From Candidatus Hydrogenedentota bacterium (GTDB lineage: Bacteria > Hydrogenedentota > Hydrogenedentia > Hydrogenedentales > SLHB01): DNA of 64,000 bases. The translations under genes were made by a program, and so were the position numbers. The first letter of the stretch is position 1. Each line of letters starts with the position of its first letter. Where the stretch lies: contig BTVY01000002.1 of the NCBI GenBank assembly GCA_045863335.1, positions 211,758 to 275,757 of the forward strand, read 5' to 3'. Under the pieces are notes generated by a model. It saw nothing but the letters and a program-made list of their open reading frames with translations. It was not told the DNA's origin and did no database searches. Shown here one piece after another: positions 9,836 to 18,516 of this stretch.

Positions 9836-9885
9836 CTGAGGAGCCCAGCCTCGCCAAGTCAAGCGTCGAACTCGGGGGAGTCGAT

Positions 9886-11208
9886 ATGATTTTGCGGTCC
9901 GTGGTAATCCGCTCGTTTTTCATCCTGAGCCTGCTTGCATTCAGTTGCGGCGCGTTGGCCGACGATGCGCCGCCCCACAATCTGCCGGATCGCGAGGAAT
10001 GGTTCAGCGATCTCGGTTTGGGGCTGTTCATCCATTGGAGCGTGGATTCCCAACTGGGATCGGTGATCAGCCACTCGCTGGTGGGGTCGTCCGAGGAGTA
10101 TGCCGACCGGTTCTTCTCGGAGTTGCCGACGACCTTTGAGCCAAAGCAATTCAATCCGGAGGACTGGGCGCGGCTCGCGCGCGTCGCCGGAATTCGTTAC
10201 GTCATGTTCACGGCGAAGCATCACAGCGGTTTCTGCATGTTCGATACGAAGTCCACGGACTTCTCGATCATGCACACACCCCTCAAGCGCGACATCACGG
10301 GCGAGGTGATGGACGCGTTTCGCGCGGAAGAAATCGCAACGGGCATCTACTTCTCCCCCGAAGACGCGTGGATCATGCATAAGCAAGGGCATGTCGTGGC
10401 GCGGAGGCGTCCCTACGCGCTCCCGTCAAACAATCCGGAGATGCTCGAGCACAATCGCCGGCAATTGACAGAGTTATTCACAAACTACGGCGCCATCGAT
10501 CTGGCCTTCCTGGACAGTCCCGACGCGGCCGATGCGGTCAAGACAATCTGGGACATTAACCGGAACGTCGTCATTACGCGCGGCGTCATGGAAACCCCGG
10601 AGCAGACGACGCCCGATGCCCCACTCCCGCCGCCGTGGGAGGCCTGCTACACGCTGGGATCCCAATGGCAGTTCAAGCCGACCAACGAAGACTACAAGTC
10701 CGGCACCGAATTGATAGAGATGCTCATCGAGATCCGGGCCAAGGGCGGCAATCTGTTAATCAACGTTGGCCCGGAGCCCTCGGGGGTCATCCCGTTCGAG
10801 CAGGAGCGTATCCTGCGCGAACTGGCGCTGTGGATGTTCGTCAACGGCGAGGCGATATACGAGGTGCGGCCTTGGCACGTCATCCGGGAAGGCGACATCT
10901 GGTTCACCAAGGCGAAGGATGACGATACGGTTTACGCCTTCCTGACAAAGCAGCATCCCTGGAAACGGGGCGAACGGCGCGAGTTCGTATTGAAGACAGT
11001 GCGGGCCACAACGGCGACTACCATCGACGTGCTTGGACACAGCGGAACCTTAATCGAATACCAACCCGATGCCGACGCCAAGCCGCGCGCGGAGCAGCGA
11101 GATGACGGCCTCCATATCAGCGTCGTGCGCGGCCAACGGTTGTATAACAATCACGAGTGGCCTAATCCGGTGGTGGTGCGAATGAGGAAGGTGGAGGAGA
11201 GTCTTTAG
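9886..11208 (+). CDS. Alpha-L-fucosidase family (GH29), secreted
   Basis: Signal peptide, GLFIHW, FNPEDWA, TAKHHSGFCMF, GGNLLINVGP, NGEAIY. Confidence 0.88.
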   Translation: MILRSVVIRSFFILSLLAFSCGALADDAPPHNLPDREEWFSDLGLGLFIHWSVDSQLGSVISHSLVGSSEEYADRFFSELPTTFEPKQFNPEDWARLARVAGIRYVMFTAKHHSGFCMFDTKSTDFSIMHTPLKRDITGEVMDAFRAEEIATGIYFSPEDAWIMHKQGHVVARRRPYALPSNNPEMLEHNRRQLTELFTNYGAIDLAFLDSPDAADAVKTIWDINRNVVITRGVMETPEQTTPDAPLPPPWEACYTLGSQWQFKPTNEDYKSGTELIEMLIEIRAKGGNLLINVGPEPSGVIPFEQERILRELALWMFVNGEAIYEVRPWHVIREGDIWFTKAKDDDTVYAFLTKQHPWKRGERREFVLKTVRATTATTIDVLGHSGTLIEYQPDADAKPRAEQRDDGLHISVVRGQRLYNNHEWPNPVVVRMRKVEESL

Positions 11209-11277
11209 TCTGGAGTCTTGAAGTCGGGAAACCAGCCGGTTGGTCAGCCGCCCGTGATAAGGGTCAGAGCCGGCAAT

Positions 11278-11367
11278 CTGTAGCGTCCCGGCTTCCACGC
11301 CGGGCGATACTCGCAGCCGAAGTTCTATGAGGGGAATCACGCCCGGCGTGGAAGCCGGGCGCTACAG
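11278..11367. repeat. Inverted GTAG-type REP doublet (REPIN-like)
   Basis: CTGTAGCGTCCCGGCTTCCACGCCGGGCG (11278-11306) and its reverse complement with a 1-nt indel (11340-11367). Each arm has an internal CCCGGC/GCCGGG hairpin. Confidence 0.75.
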
Positions 11368-11455
11368 GAACGTTTTCTACTATTGGCCGACGGTTAGGAA
11401 GGACAACCGACATTTCGATCGCGTTCGACACGCCGGAGAAGCCCTCCCTATTTTA

Positions 11456-11497
11456 CCTCCAGCCTCCAGCCTCCAGTCTCCAGTCTCCAGTCGCCAG
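11456..11497. repeat. Heptamer tandem repeat (YCTCCAG)x6
   Basis: cctccag x3, tctccag x2, tcgccag. A degenerate inverted heptamer run (agtcttt agtctgg agtcttg) lies at 11200-11220. Confidence 0.8.
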
Positions 11498-11498
11498 C

Positions 11499-12284
11499 CT
11501 ACAATCCCAGATCGTCCATCGCCTGTTCTTGACGCTGGGTCTGCTGCGATCCGATATCCCGGGCGCCGCCGCGCGCGCGGCTGCCCGCGGCGCTCGAACC
11601 CGCACTGCTCATGCTATTGAGTTCATTCTGAATGCCGATGCCGGTCATGGTTTCACCCATGAGTCCCCCGCCTCCAACACCCGGCTGTCGCGTGCCGGTT
11701 TGCGCGGTCTGCCCGCCGTAAGGCGCAACCTGATTGGGCGACTGACCCTGGGGTTCGTAGAGCGCGCCGGTCTGCGGGTCGTAAATAAACGGCATCCCGT
11801 TGTTCGCCTTCGGAACTTCTTTCAAATAAGTTGGTGCCAGTTGGTCCAGCGAAGTCGGATAGTATCCCGTCGCCATTCCATACTGATTGATGGCGCCACG
11901 GATTCGCGCCATCTTGTCGGTGTTGGATTCCTGTGAACGTGCCGGCTGCGGCGCAACAGGTCCGTCGAGCAGCACTTTACCAGTGGATGGATCATACCCG
12001 TAGGGGCGACCATCGGGCTGCGTCGGCACCTGGGTGAAGTACTCGGGTACAAGTGCCTGCAATGACGCGGGGTACTCGCCATGTTCCGCGGCGTAGGCCT
12101 GGATTGCGTGATTGATTTCGATGTCCGAGGTCGTTTGCTGGGCGTTTTCCAACTGCCGCTGCAGGGTACCGAGCTGTTCGGCTTGCAGTTCGCTCTGAAT
12201 CGCCGTCGACATCAGCATGTCGAGCATACAACCGGTCGTCATGAGCGGAACGAGGCTCAATACGATGAGTTTGAAGTGTCGCAT
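11499..12284 (-). CDS. Lipoprotein with two tandem GspG/pseudopilin-like globular repeats
   Basis: Lipobox LMTTGC. Repeats AIQAY..GEYPASLQALVPEY..DGRPYGYDPSTG and AINQY..GYYPTSLDQLAPTY..NGMPFIYDPQTG. RBS AGGAGG. Confidence 0.75.
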   Translation of the reverse strand: MRHFKLIVLSLVPLMTTGCMLDMLMSTAIQSELQAEQLGTLQRQLENAQQTTSDIEINHAIQAYAAEHGEYPASLQALVPEYFTQVPTQPDGRPYGYDPSTGKVLLDGPVAPQPARSQESNTDKMARIRGAINQYGMATGYYPTSLDQLAPTYLKEVPKANNGMPFIYDPQTGALYEPQGQSPNQVAPYGGQTAQTGTRQPGVGGGGLMGETMTGIGIQNELNSMSSAGSSAAGSRARGGARDIGSQQTQRQEQAMDDLGL

Positions 12285-12309
12285 GACACATCCCTCCTGT
12301 CCTTCATTC

Positions 12310-12318
12310 AGTATATCA
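12310..12318 (-). promoter_or_regulatory. Extended -10 element upstream of the lipoprotein gene
   Basis: Minus strand TGATATACT (TGn-TATACT) about 25 nt before the ATG. Confidence 0.4.
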
Positions 12319-12386
12319 TAGGTGGCGCTGAGCCGTTCGAACGAGTCAGGGCATGCAATCCCCGAACTTGGGAGCCAGAAATGGAC

Positions 12387-12419
12387 GCGGCGCGGAATCC
12401 CGTTTGGGTTCCGCGCCGC
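12387..12419. terminator. GC-rich hairpin downstream of amtB
   Basis: GCGGCGCGGAATCCC-GTTT-GGGTTCCGCGCCGC (1-nt bulge). The U-tract is weak. Confidence 0.5.
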
Positions 12420-12452
12420 TTTCCTGCCTTGCAGCTTGAATTTACGTTGAAG

Positions 12453-13838
12453 TTACAGGTTGTAACCCGCTTCTTCGTGCAGACTGATATCGAGACCCTG
12501 GGTCTCCTGCTGTTCACTCACGCGAAGCCCAACCACGACATCCACTATCTTGAGCAGGATGAAGCTGAGCACGCCACAGTAGACGATGGTCACCAGCGCG
12601 CCCTTGACCTGCTGGATGAACTGCGCACCGATGCTGATCTCTTCCCAGCCGCCGAGACTGGTCGAGGCGAAGACACCGGTCAACAGCGCGCCCACAAGGC
12701 CGCCGATACCGTGCACGCCGAATGCGTCCAGGGAGTCGTCATAGCCCAGCGCGCGCTTCAGGGACGTGGCACCGAGGAAACAGATGCCGCCGGACGCGAG
12801 CCCGATGACCAGCGCGCCCATGGGGCCAACGGTGCCAGATGCAGGGGTGATCGCAACCAGGCCGGCAACGGCGCCCGTCACGGTACCAAGGGCGCTGGGT
12901 TTGCCATGTTTGCCCCATTCGATGAACATCCATGCCAGAGCCGCGGCGGCGGTCGCAATCTGCGTCACGAGCATGGCCATACCCGCGGAACCGTTCGCGG
13001 CAACAGCACTGCCGGCATTGAATCCGAACCAGCCGACCCACAGCATCCCCGCCCCGGTGACCGTCATCGTGAGGTTATGCGGGGGCATGGGCGTCGTGGG
13101 ATAACCGCGGCGTTTGCCTACCAGGATGGCGGCGATCAGGGCCGCAACACCCGCATTGATGTGTACGACCGTGCCGCCGGCAAAGTCGAGCACGCCCCAG
13201 AGGTCGCCCATGAGCGAACCGCCGCCGGACCACACCATGTGGCACACGGGCGCGTAGACGAAGGTGAACCATAGCGCGGTGAACAAGAGCACCGCGGAAA
13301 ACTTCATGCGTTCCGCGAACGCGCCCGCGATCAGCGCCGGGGTGATGATTGCGAAGGTCAACTGGAAACACACGAAGACGGACAGGGGGATCGTGCCGGA
13401 CAGCTCGTCCGGGGATACGCCTTTCAGGAAGAGATAGGAGAACCCGCCCACGAAGGATCGCAGATTCAATACCCCCTCCTCCATACCCGTCGTATCAAAT
13501 GCGAGACTGTACCCGTAAATGACCCACAGAATTGTCACCAACGCCGTGATCGCGAAACATTGCATCAGGACGGACAGCACGTTCCGGGTTCGCACCAATC
13601 CACCGTAGAACAACGACAGTCCGGGGATCGTCATGAACAAGACCAATGCCGTAGCCGTCAGCATCCACGCGGTATCGCCCGTGTCCAGTACCGGCGCTTC
13701 CTCCACGACCTCCACGGCCGGCACCGCTTCTTCCTGCGCGACCGAAGTCAACACAGGGACGCACAGGAACGCAAGAAGCAGCGCGATGCGCAGGTATGGT
13801 GTGGCTGCCGCCTCACTTACTCTTCCAAACAAACCCAT
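12453..13838 (-). CDS. amtB: Ammonium transporter
   Basis: GDTAWML, PGLSLFYGGLVR, FQLTFAIITPAL, DFAGGTVVH, WFGFNAGS, DDSLDAFGVHG. RBS GAGGAG before ATG 13838. Confidence 0.96.
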   Translation of the reverse strand: MGLFGRVSEAAATPYLRIALLLAFLCVPVLTSVAQEEAVPAVEVVEEAPVLDTGDTAWMLTATALVLFMTIPGLSLFYGGLVRTRNVLSVLMQCFAITALVTILWVIYGYSLAFDTTGMEEGVLNLRSFVGGFSYLFLKGVSPDELSGTIPLSVFVCFQLTFAIITPALIAGAFAERMKFSAVLLFTALWFTFVYAPVCHMVWSGGGSLMGDLWGVLDFAGGTVVHINAGVAALIAAILVGKRRGYPTTPMPPHNLTMTVTGAGMLWVGWFGFNAGSAVAANGSAGMAMLVTQIATAAAALAWMFIEWGKHGKPSALGTVTGAVAGLVAITPASGTVGPMGALVIGLASGGICFLGATSLKRALGYDDSLDAFGVHGIGGLVGALLTGVFASTSLGGWEEISIGAQFIQQVKGALVTIVYCGVLSFILLKIVDVVVGLRVSEQQETQGLDISLHEEAGYNL

Positions 13839-13945
13839 TACCCGATCTCCTCTTTCGTGCGGTATCGAGCGCTGCCGCGCCCGGAACTCCCTTTCAACCG
13901 GCTCACTCCGTGTTCGATAACACTGGGCCGAGCACCAACCAACCA

Positions 13946-14329
<384 letters not shown>

Positions 14330-14390
14330 CTAGATTACTTACACTAGATTCAGCGCTATCGAAACCCGTGCACGTGTCGATATGGGCAAG

Positions 14391-14407
14391 AGCAAACCGT
14401 ATGCCAA
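14391..14407 (-). promoter_or_regulatory. Sigma54 promoter of glnK-amtB
   Basis: Minus strand TTGGCATACGGTTTGCT, a full match to TGGCAY-N5-TTGCW about 100 nt upstream of glnK. Confidence 0.85.
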
Positions 14408-14806
14408 CTGGATTCCGGCATACATCCCGGCCCGGCAGCGGGAACCCTCCGATCCCCATGTAAGGAACGTTCCTGTAGACGCTTACGACGGTTGAACCGA
14501 TAAATAATACGCCCACGAACTCCGGGAATACCTGATCGACACCCAGGTGACACGCCGAGACAAAACATACATTTTGGTAATTCACACCGCAGAGGTTTCT
14601 ACCATCCGGTATCTTTCCTTGCCATTTGGGACGGCCAAGAAAGGTCCGACTCTGGTTTAGCGGATTTCTGGACCAACCGCGCTGAATCCTCGATATCCGG
14701 GAAAAACTTAACCACTGCTACGGGTGCGAAGCATCCCATTCGTGCGGCATAACCAAGCGACGAAGCGTAGCGATGACCCAGAATACGCAGCGGAATTAGA
14801 AGCGAG

Positions 14807-14835
14807 TTGACACTGATGACTACGATCTGTATACT
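14807..14835 (+). promoter_or_regulatory. Near-consensus sigma70 promoter for the 14911-16948 operon
   Basis: TTGACA (14807-14812), 17 nt, TATACT (14830-14835). Confidence 0.75.
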
Positions 14836-14910
14836 GTTGGCGATCGATAGAGTTAGAACGGATTGCACATCTCACGCAGTTGGTATGGGTCAAGGGGTAC
14901 CGTTGGGTCG

Positions 14911-15516
14911 ATGACAGCCCAGAAACGGGAAAACGCATTGAGCGTCGCGTTGGCGACCCTGTTGGGGTCCAAAGCGCGTGCCGCGATTCTTCGGCTCTTC
15001 CTGGCCGACCCGACTCGGGCCTACTACCAGCGACAGATTGAGGCGGCAACCGGGCTTCCTATCCGGGCGGTCCAACGCGAATTGGAACGTCTCCAGTCAA
15101 TTGAATTCCTCTATCGGCATACGGAAGGGAACCGGACCTACTACCAGGTTGACATGTTGTTCCCCCTGTTTCAGGAACTGCGCGCCCTCGTATTGAAGGC
15201 GGCAAGCCCGCTGGACCGACTCCGGGGAGCCGTGGCGGTCAACCCGAGTGTTTTGATCGCGCTGCTCGACGAGGACGCAAACCAAGTGCTCCTCGTGACC
15301 ACGGGGCCCGAAGCACCGCCGATACCGCCCATGGAACCGTACGCCATTGAAACCATGTCGCGCGAAGCGTTCGCCAGGGAATTGGCGGAGCGCTCCGCGC
15401 GTATTGATAGCCTGCTCACACGGAGCGTGGATTTGCTCGGAAGAAGGGAAGACGTCGTCTGGCGTCGGATCGAAGCCGCAGGCTATTCGATCCAGAAAGG
15501 GAAAGGTGTGGCTTAA
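14911..15516 (+). CDS. Winged-HTH protein with degenerate minimal nucleotidyltransferase (MNT)-like C-domain
   Basis: LLGSKARAAILRLF..YYQRQI..AVQRELERL..GNRTYYQ..PLFQELRALVLK matches the HTH of HTH-MNT fusions. The C-domain lacks GS..DxD. Confidence 0.75.
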   Translation: MTAQKRENALSVALATLLGSKARAAILRLFLADPTRAYYQRQIEAATGLPIRAVQRELERLQSIEFLYRHTEGNRTYYQVDMLFPLFQELRALVLKAASPLDRLRGAVAVNPSVLIALLDEDANQVLLVTTGPEAPPIPPMEPYAIETMSREAFARELAERSARIDSLLTRSVDLLGRREDVVWRRIEAAGYSIQKGKGVA

Positions 15517-15517
15517 C

Positions 15518-16948
15518 ATGCGGACAACCAGCGCAATTCAGCGGTTGTGTGAATCGTGGTGGGAGAAGCTCGCGGATTCCACGCGGGAAGACCAGCACCT
15601 GTACGCGGAGAAATTCCTCGCGCTCCTCGGATGGAACGAGTCCGACGAACTCGAGCCGGCCGCGGTCCCGGGCCATCCCACGACCCTGGCCTATATCATC
15701 CGGTCGGGCGAACAGACGAGCATGGTCGCGTACTTCGTGCTGCCCGGGGTGCTGGAACCGCCCAGCAACGCGATCAAGCGAAGCCTGGACTTCTGCCCCA
15801 TCACCCGCGCCCTCGTCGACATGAACCGCGTCTTCGGCGCGCCCTACGCTTATGTGACCGACTTGTTCCGATCCTACTTGTATGATGCCAAGACCGACGA
15901 ACTGCTGTTGGTGGCCGATACGCCCGCGGCGTTCACGTCCGAGTTTGGGGACGTTCTGCTGCGATCGAACGTGGAAGCGGGCTCGCTGGACGACGTGCGG
16001 CGGCAACCCCGCAGCTATGTGGCGCGGCAATTGCGCGAATGGATTCATCGCTGGACCGAAACCCTGATGAGTGAGTGGCGGGCGCCGGAAGAGGCTGCCT
16101 GGCTCGCCATGGACCGTATGGTAACCCTGCGGTTTCTGGCCGAGCACGACATCCTTCGGAGGCCCGGCGCCTCGCCCAACCCCATCAAACGCCGTCTCAC
16201 CCCGCCGCCCAGCGGGTCGGAGGAAGGCTGCGGTCATGCGTTAACGTCACTATGCAAAGACATATTTGAGCAGTGGGGCGCGGGCCTCTTCGCACCGCAG
16301 CCTCCGGTAGAGGCGATCCTCGCGCAGGACGCGGTTGCGGGTCCGCTCGTCAACGAGTTGGCCCTCCAGTCGCGCGGCAAGTTCAGTCTCGCCACGGTGC
16401 TCGAAAGCTTCAACTACGGCGACGCGGCGGAGAAGGCGCGCGTTCGCATGATTCCCGAGGATAACGAGGAACGGCAGGCGTACCTCGCGCAACAAACCTG
16501 CGCGACCATCGACGAGGCGCGCATTGAACTCGATCTTGCCGATGAAGGTTACCGCGCGATCTTCCGCTGGTTCGATCAGTTGGTCGAACTGTACGCCCGG
16601 CTCGGCGCAGAGTTCGAAGCCGCCACGCAGGCGGAACAGACCGGTGCTTCAGACCTGGACCTATTCGATTGGTCGGAGATCAATGCGAAACGGCCCAGCG
16701 CCTTCAGCGATGGACTCCGCCACGCCATCGAGCAAGGCCTGACGATCTACTGCAGTTCGCCGCGCCAATTCCGCACCGCGCGGTTGATCCTGTACTTGCA
16801 CCTCGCCACGCGCTACGAACACGGCGATGCCCGATTCGAGATATTCCCCACCGTGGAGACCGCGCTTCAACGCCGTCCTCACATGCTCGATTCCGACCGG
16901 CGCCGCATCTTCCAGGGTTCGTCCGAAGACGAGTGGGAAGTGATCTAG
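15518..16948 (+). CDS. Hypothetical protein resembling a degenerate Type IIG restriction-modification scaffold
   Basis: 1 nt after the upstream stop. FLALLGW, YVTDLFRSYLYD, AMDRMVTLRFLAEHDIL and WGAGLF recall Type IIG REase/helical-spacer segments. No ExK, DPACGSG or NPPY motifs. Confidence 0.7.
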   Translation: MRTTSAIQRLCESWWEKLADSTREDQHLYAEKFLALLGWNESDELEPAAVPGHPTTLAYIIRSGEQTSMVAYFVLPGVLEPPSNAIKRSLDFCPITRALVDMNRVFGAPYAYVTDLFRSYLYDAKTDELLLVADTPAAFTSEFGDVLLRSNVEAGSLDDVRRQPRSYVARQLREWIHRWTETLMSEWRAPEEAAWLAMDRMVTLRFLAEHDILRRPGASPNPIKRRLTPPPSGSEEGCGHALTSLCKDIFEQWGAGLFAPQPPVEAILAQDAVAGPLVNELALQSRGKFSLATVLESFNYGDAAEKARVRMIPEDNEERQAYLAQQTCATIDEARIELDLADEGYRAIFRWFDQLVELYARLGAEFEAATQAEQTGASDLDLFDWSEINAKRPSAFSDGLRHAIEQGLTIYCSSPRQFRTARLILYLHLATRYEHGDARFEIFPTVETALQRRPHMLDSDRRRIFQGSSEDEWEVI

Positions 16949-16990
16949 CAGGATACGCACTTACCATAGCGTTAACCTTCCGGCGCTGAC

Positions 16991-17019
16991 TTGACTCAGC
17001 CCTCGTTTACGCATAGCGT
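16991..17019 (+). promoter_or_regulatory. Possible sigma70 promoter for the GH172 gene
   Basis: TTGACT-N17-TAGCGT. Confidence 0.3.
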
Positions 17020-17128
17020 AACGCAGGGGACAGACCGGCGTTTCCCGCCGGTTCCGGGTGCGGCCACGTGTCCAAGGCAGTCTACCCTTCCCCCATGACC
17101 GGCTACAGAGATAAACAGAGGGAGACGT

Positions 17129-18274
17129 ATGACCATGAAACCATTCGGAATCGCATTTCTCGCGTTCGCGTTAATCGCGCCCATCGTTTCGGCGCAAGGT
17201 GCGGGGTTGGACCAGCTTTACCAGCTCAACGACGCACAATCCCGCTCCATTAGCCCGGAGAACTTCACGGGCGAAAAGGGCAAGGGCGGCATGGCGACCC
17301 TGGAAGAGGGCACCGCAGCGAAGGCCGCGCGCGAACTCGGCCAGGGCTGGAAGGTCAACCCGTACGTGCACATCAAGCCGGGTGAAACATTCACGATGGG
17401 CGAGATCGACGGCTCCGGGATCATTCGTCATATCTGGATGACGCCCGTCGGCGATTACCGGCTCATGATCTTTCGCATCTATTGGGACGATGAAGAAGCG
17501 GCCTCGGTTGAAGTGCCCGTGGGCGACTTCTTCGCAGCCGGTTGGGGCATCGGCAACGAGCCGCAGATTGCCTCGCTGGCCGTGTGTGTGAATCCCCGCA
17601 GCGGATTCAACTCGTACTGGAAGATGCCGTTCCGCAAGGGCGCGAAGATCACCATGGAGAACCTGGGCGAGAAACAGGCTACGGTCTACTACCAGATCGA
17701 TTACTCGCTCGAAGACGTGGCGAAAGACACCCCCTACTTCCACGCCCAGTTCCGCCGCACCAATCCGCTCCCGTACAAGGAAGTGTTCACCATCGTCGAT
17801 GGCATCAAGGGCAAGGGCCAATACGTGGGCACCTACCTCGCCCACGGCGCAAACAGCCCGGGCTGGTGGGGCGAAGGCGAAATCAAGTTCTTCATCGACG
17901 GTGACGGCGAGTTCCCCACCATCTGCGGCACCGGCGAGGAAGATTACTTCTGCGGCTCCTACGGCTATGAGGAACAAGAAGAAAACGGCAAATACACCTA
18001 CACCAGTTTCAGCAGCCCCTACACGGGCTTCTACCACGTGCCCTTCGAGGGCGAGCAACGCCGCTTCGGCCAGTACCGCTGGCACATCACCGATCCCGTC
18101 CGATTCGATCAGGATCTGAGGATCACGATCCAGGCCTTGGGTTGGCAGAGCGAAGGCCGGTACCTGCCCTTGCAGGACGACCTGGCCGCGGTCTCCTACT
18201 GGTACCAGATGGAGCCGCACGCGCCCTTCCCCGCCCTGCCGGCGAAAGAAGCGCTGGTGATTACGAACGAGTGA
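17129..18274 (+). CDS. DUF2961 / GH172 glycoside hydrolase, secreted
   Basis: Signal peptide, SRSISPENFTGEKGKGG, HIWMT, VPVGDFF, WWGEGEIKF, GTGEEDYF, YRWHITDP. Confidence 0.92.
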   Translation: MTMKPFGIAFLAFALIAPIVSAQGAGLDQLYQLNDAQSRSISPENFTGEKGKGGMATLEEGTAAKAARELGQGWKVNPYVHIKPGETFTMGEIDGSGIIRHIWMTPVGDYRLMIFRIYWDDEEAASVEVPVGDFFAAGWGIGNEPQIASLAVCVNPRSGFNSYWKMPFRKGAKITMENLGEKQATVYYQIDYSLEDVAKDTPYFHAQFRRTNPLPYKEVFTIVDGIKGKGQYVGTYLAHGANSPGWWGEGEIKFFIDGDGEFPTICGTGEEDYFCGSYGYEEQEENGKYTYTSFSSPYTGFYHVPFEGEQRRFGQYRWHITDPVRFDQDLRITIQALGWQSEGRYLPLQDDLAAVSYWYQMEPHAPFPALPAKEALVITNE

Positions 18275-18289
18275 CCGCGTAGCGGAGCG

Positions 18290-18490
18290 AGAATAGGACC
18301 TATAGGACCTACAGACTGATAGGACGAACAGGACGTAGACGCGTATGCCACGGGACATTCCGGGGCCGGATTCGGTTCCAGAGATCTCGGTTCGGAAACG
18401 ATGAAGCGGATCGCGCCGTCGGTTGAGGAATAATCGTCAGCTACGCGTTGCGTGTCCTATCGGTCCTATTCGTCCGATAGGTCCTATTCT
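18290..18490. repeat. Two inverted arrays of degenerate 9-mer repeats (ATAGGACSW)
   Basis: 18290-18335 agaataggacctataggacctacagactgataggacgaacaggacg. The reverse complement of 18454-18490 is agaataggacctatcggacgaataggaccgataggac. Confidence 0.8.
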
Positions 18491-18516
18491 CCATCTTCCG
18501 GAGTAGCACTTCGCAC

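Noticed and set aside
12081-13274. 397-aa plus-strand ORF
   Set aside because: Antisense shadow of amtB caused by GC-rich codon bias; no recognisable motifs.
17171-18358. 395-aa minus-strand ORF
   Set aside because: Antisense shadow of the GH172 gene. Its N-terminus is translated 9-mer repeat.
18290-18490. Possible CRISPR array (also considered for 11200-11497)
   Set aside because: Units are 7-9 bp tandem repeats without unique spacers, and there are no cas genes.
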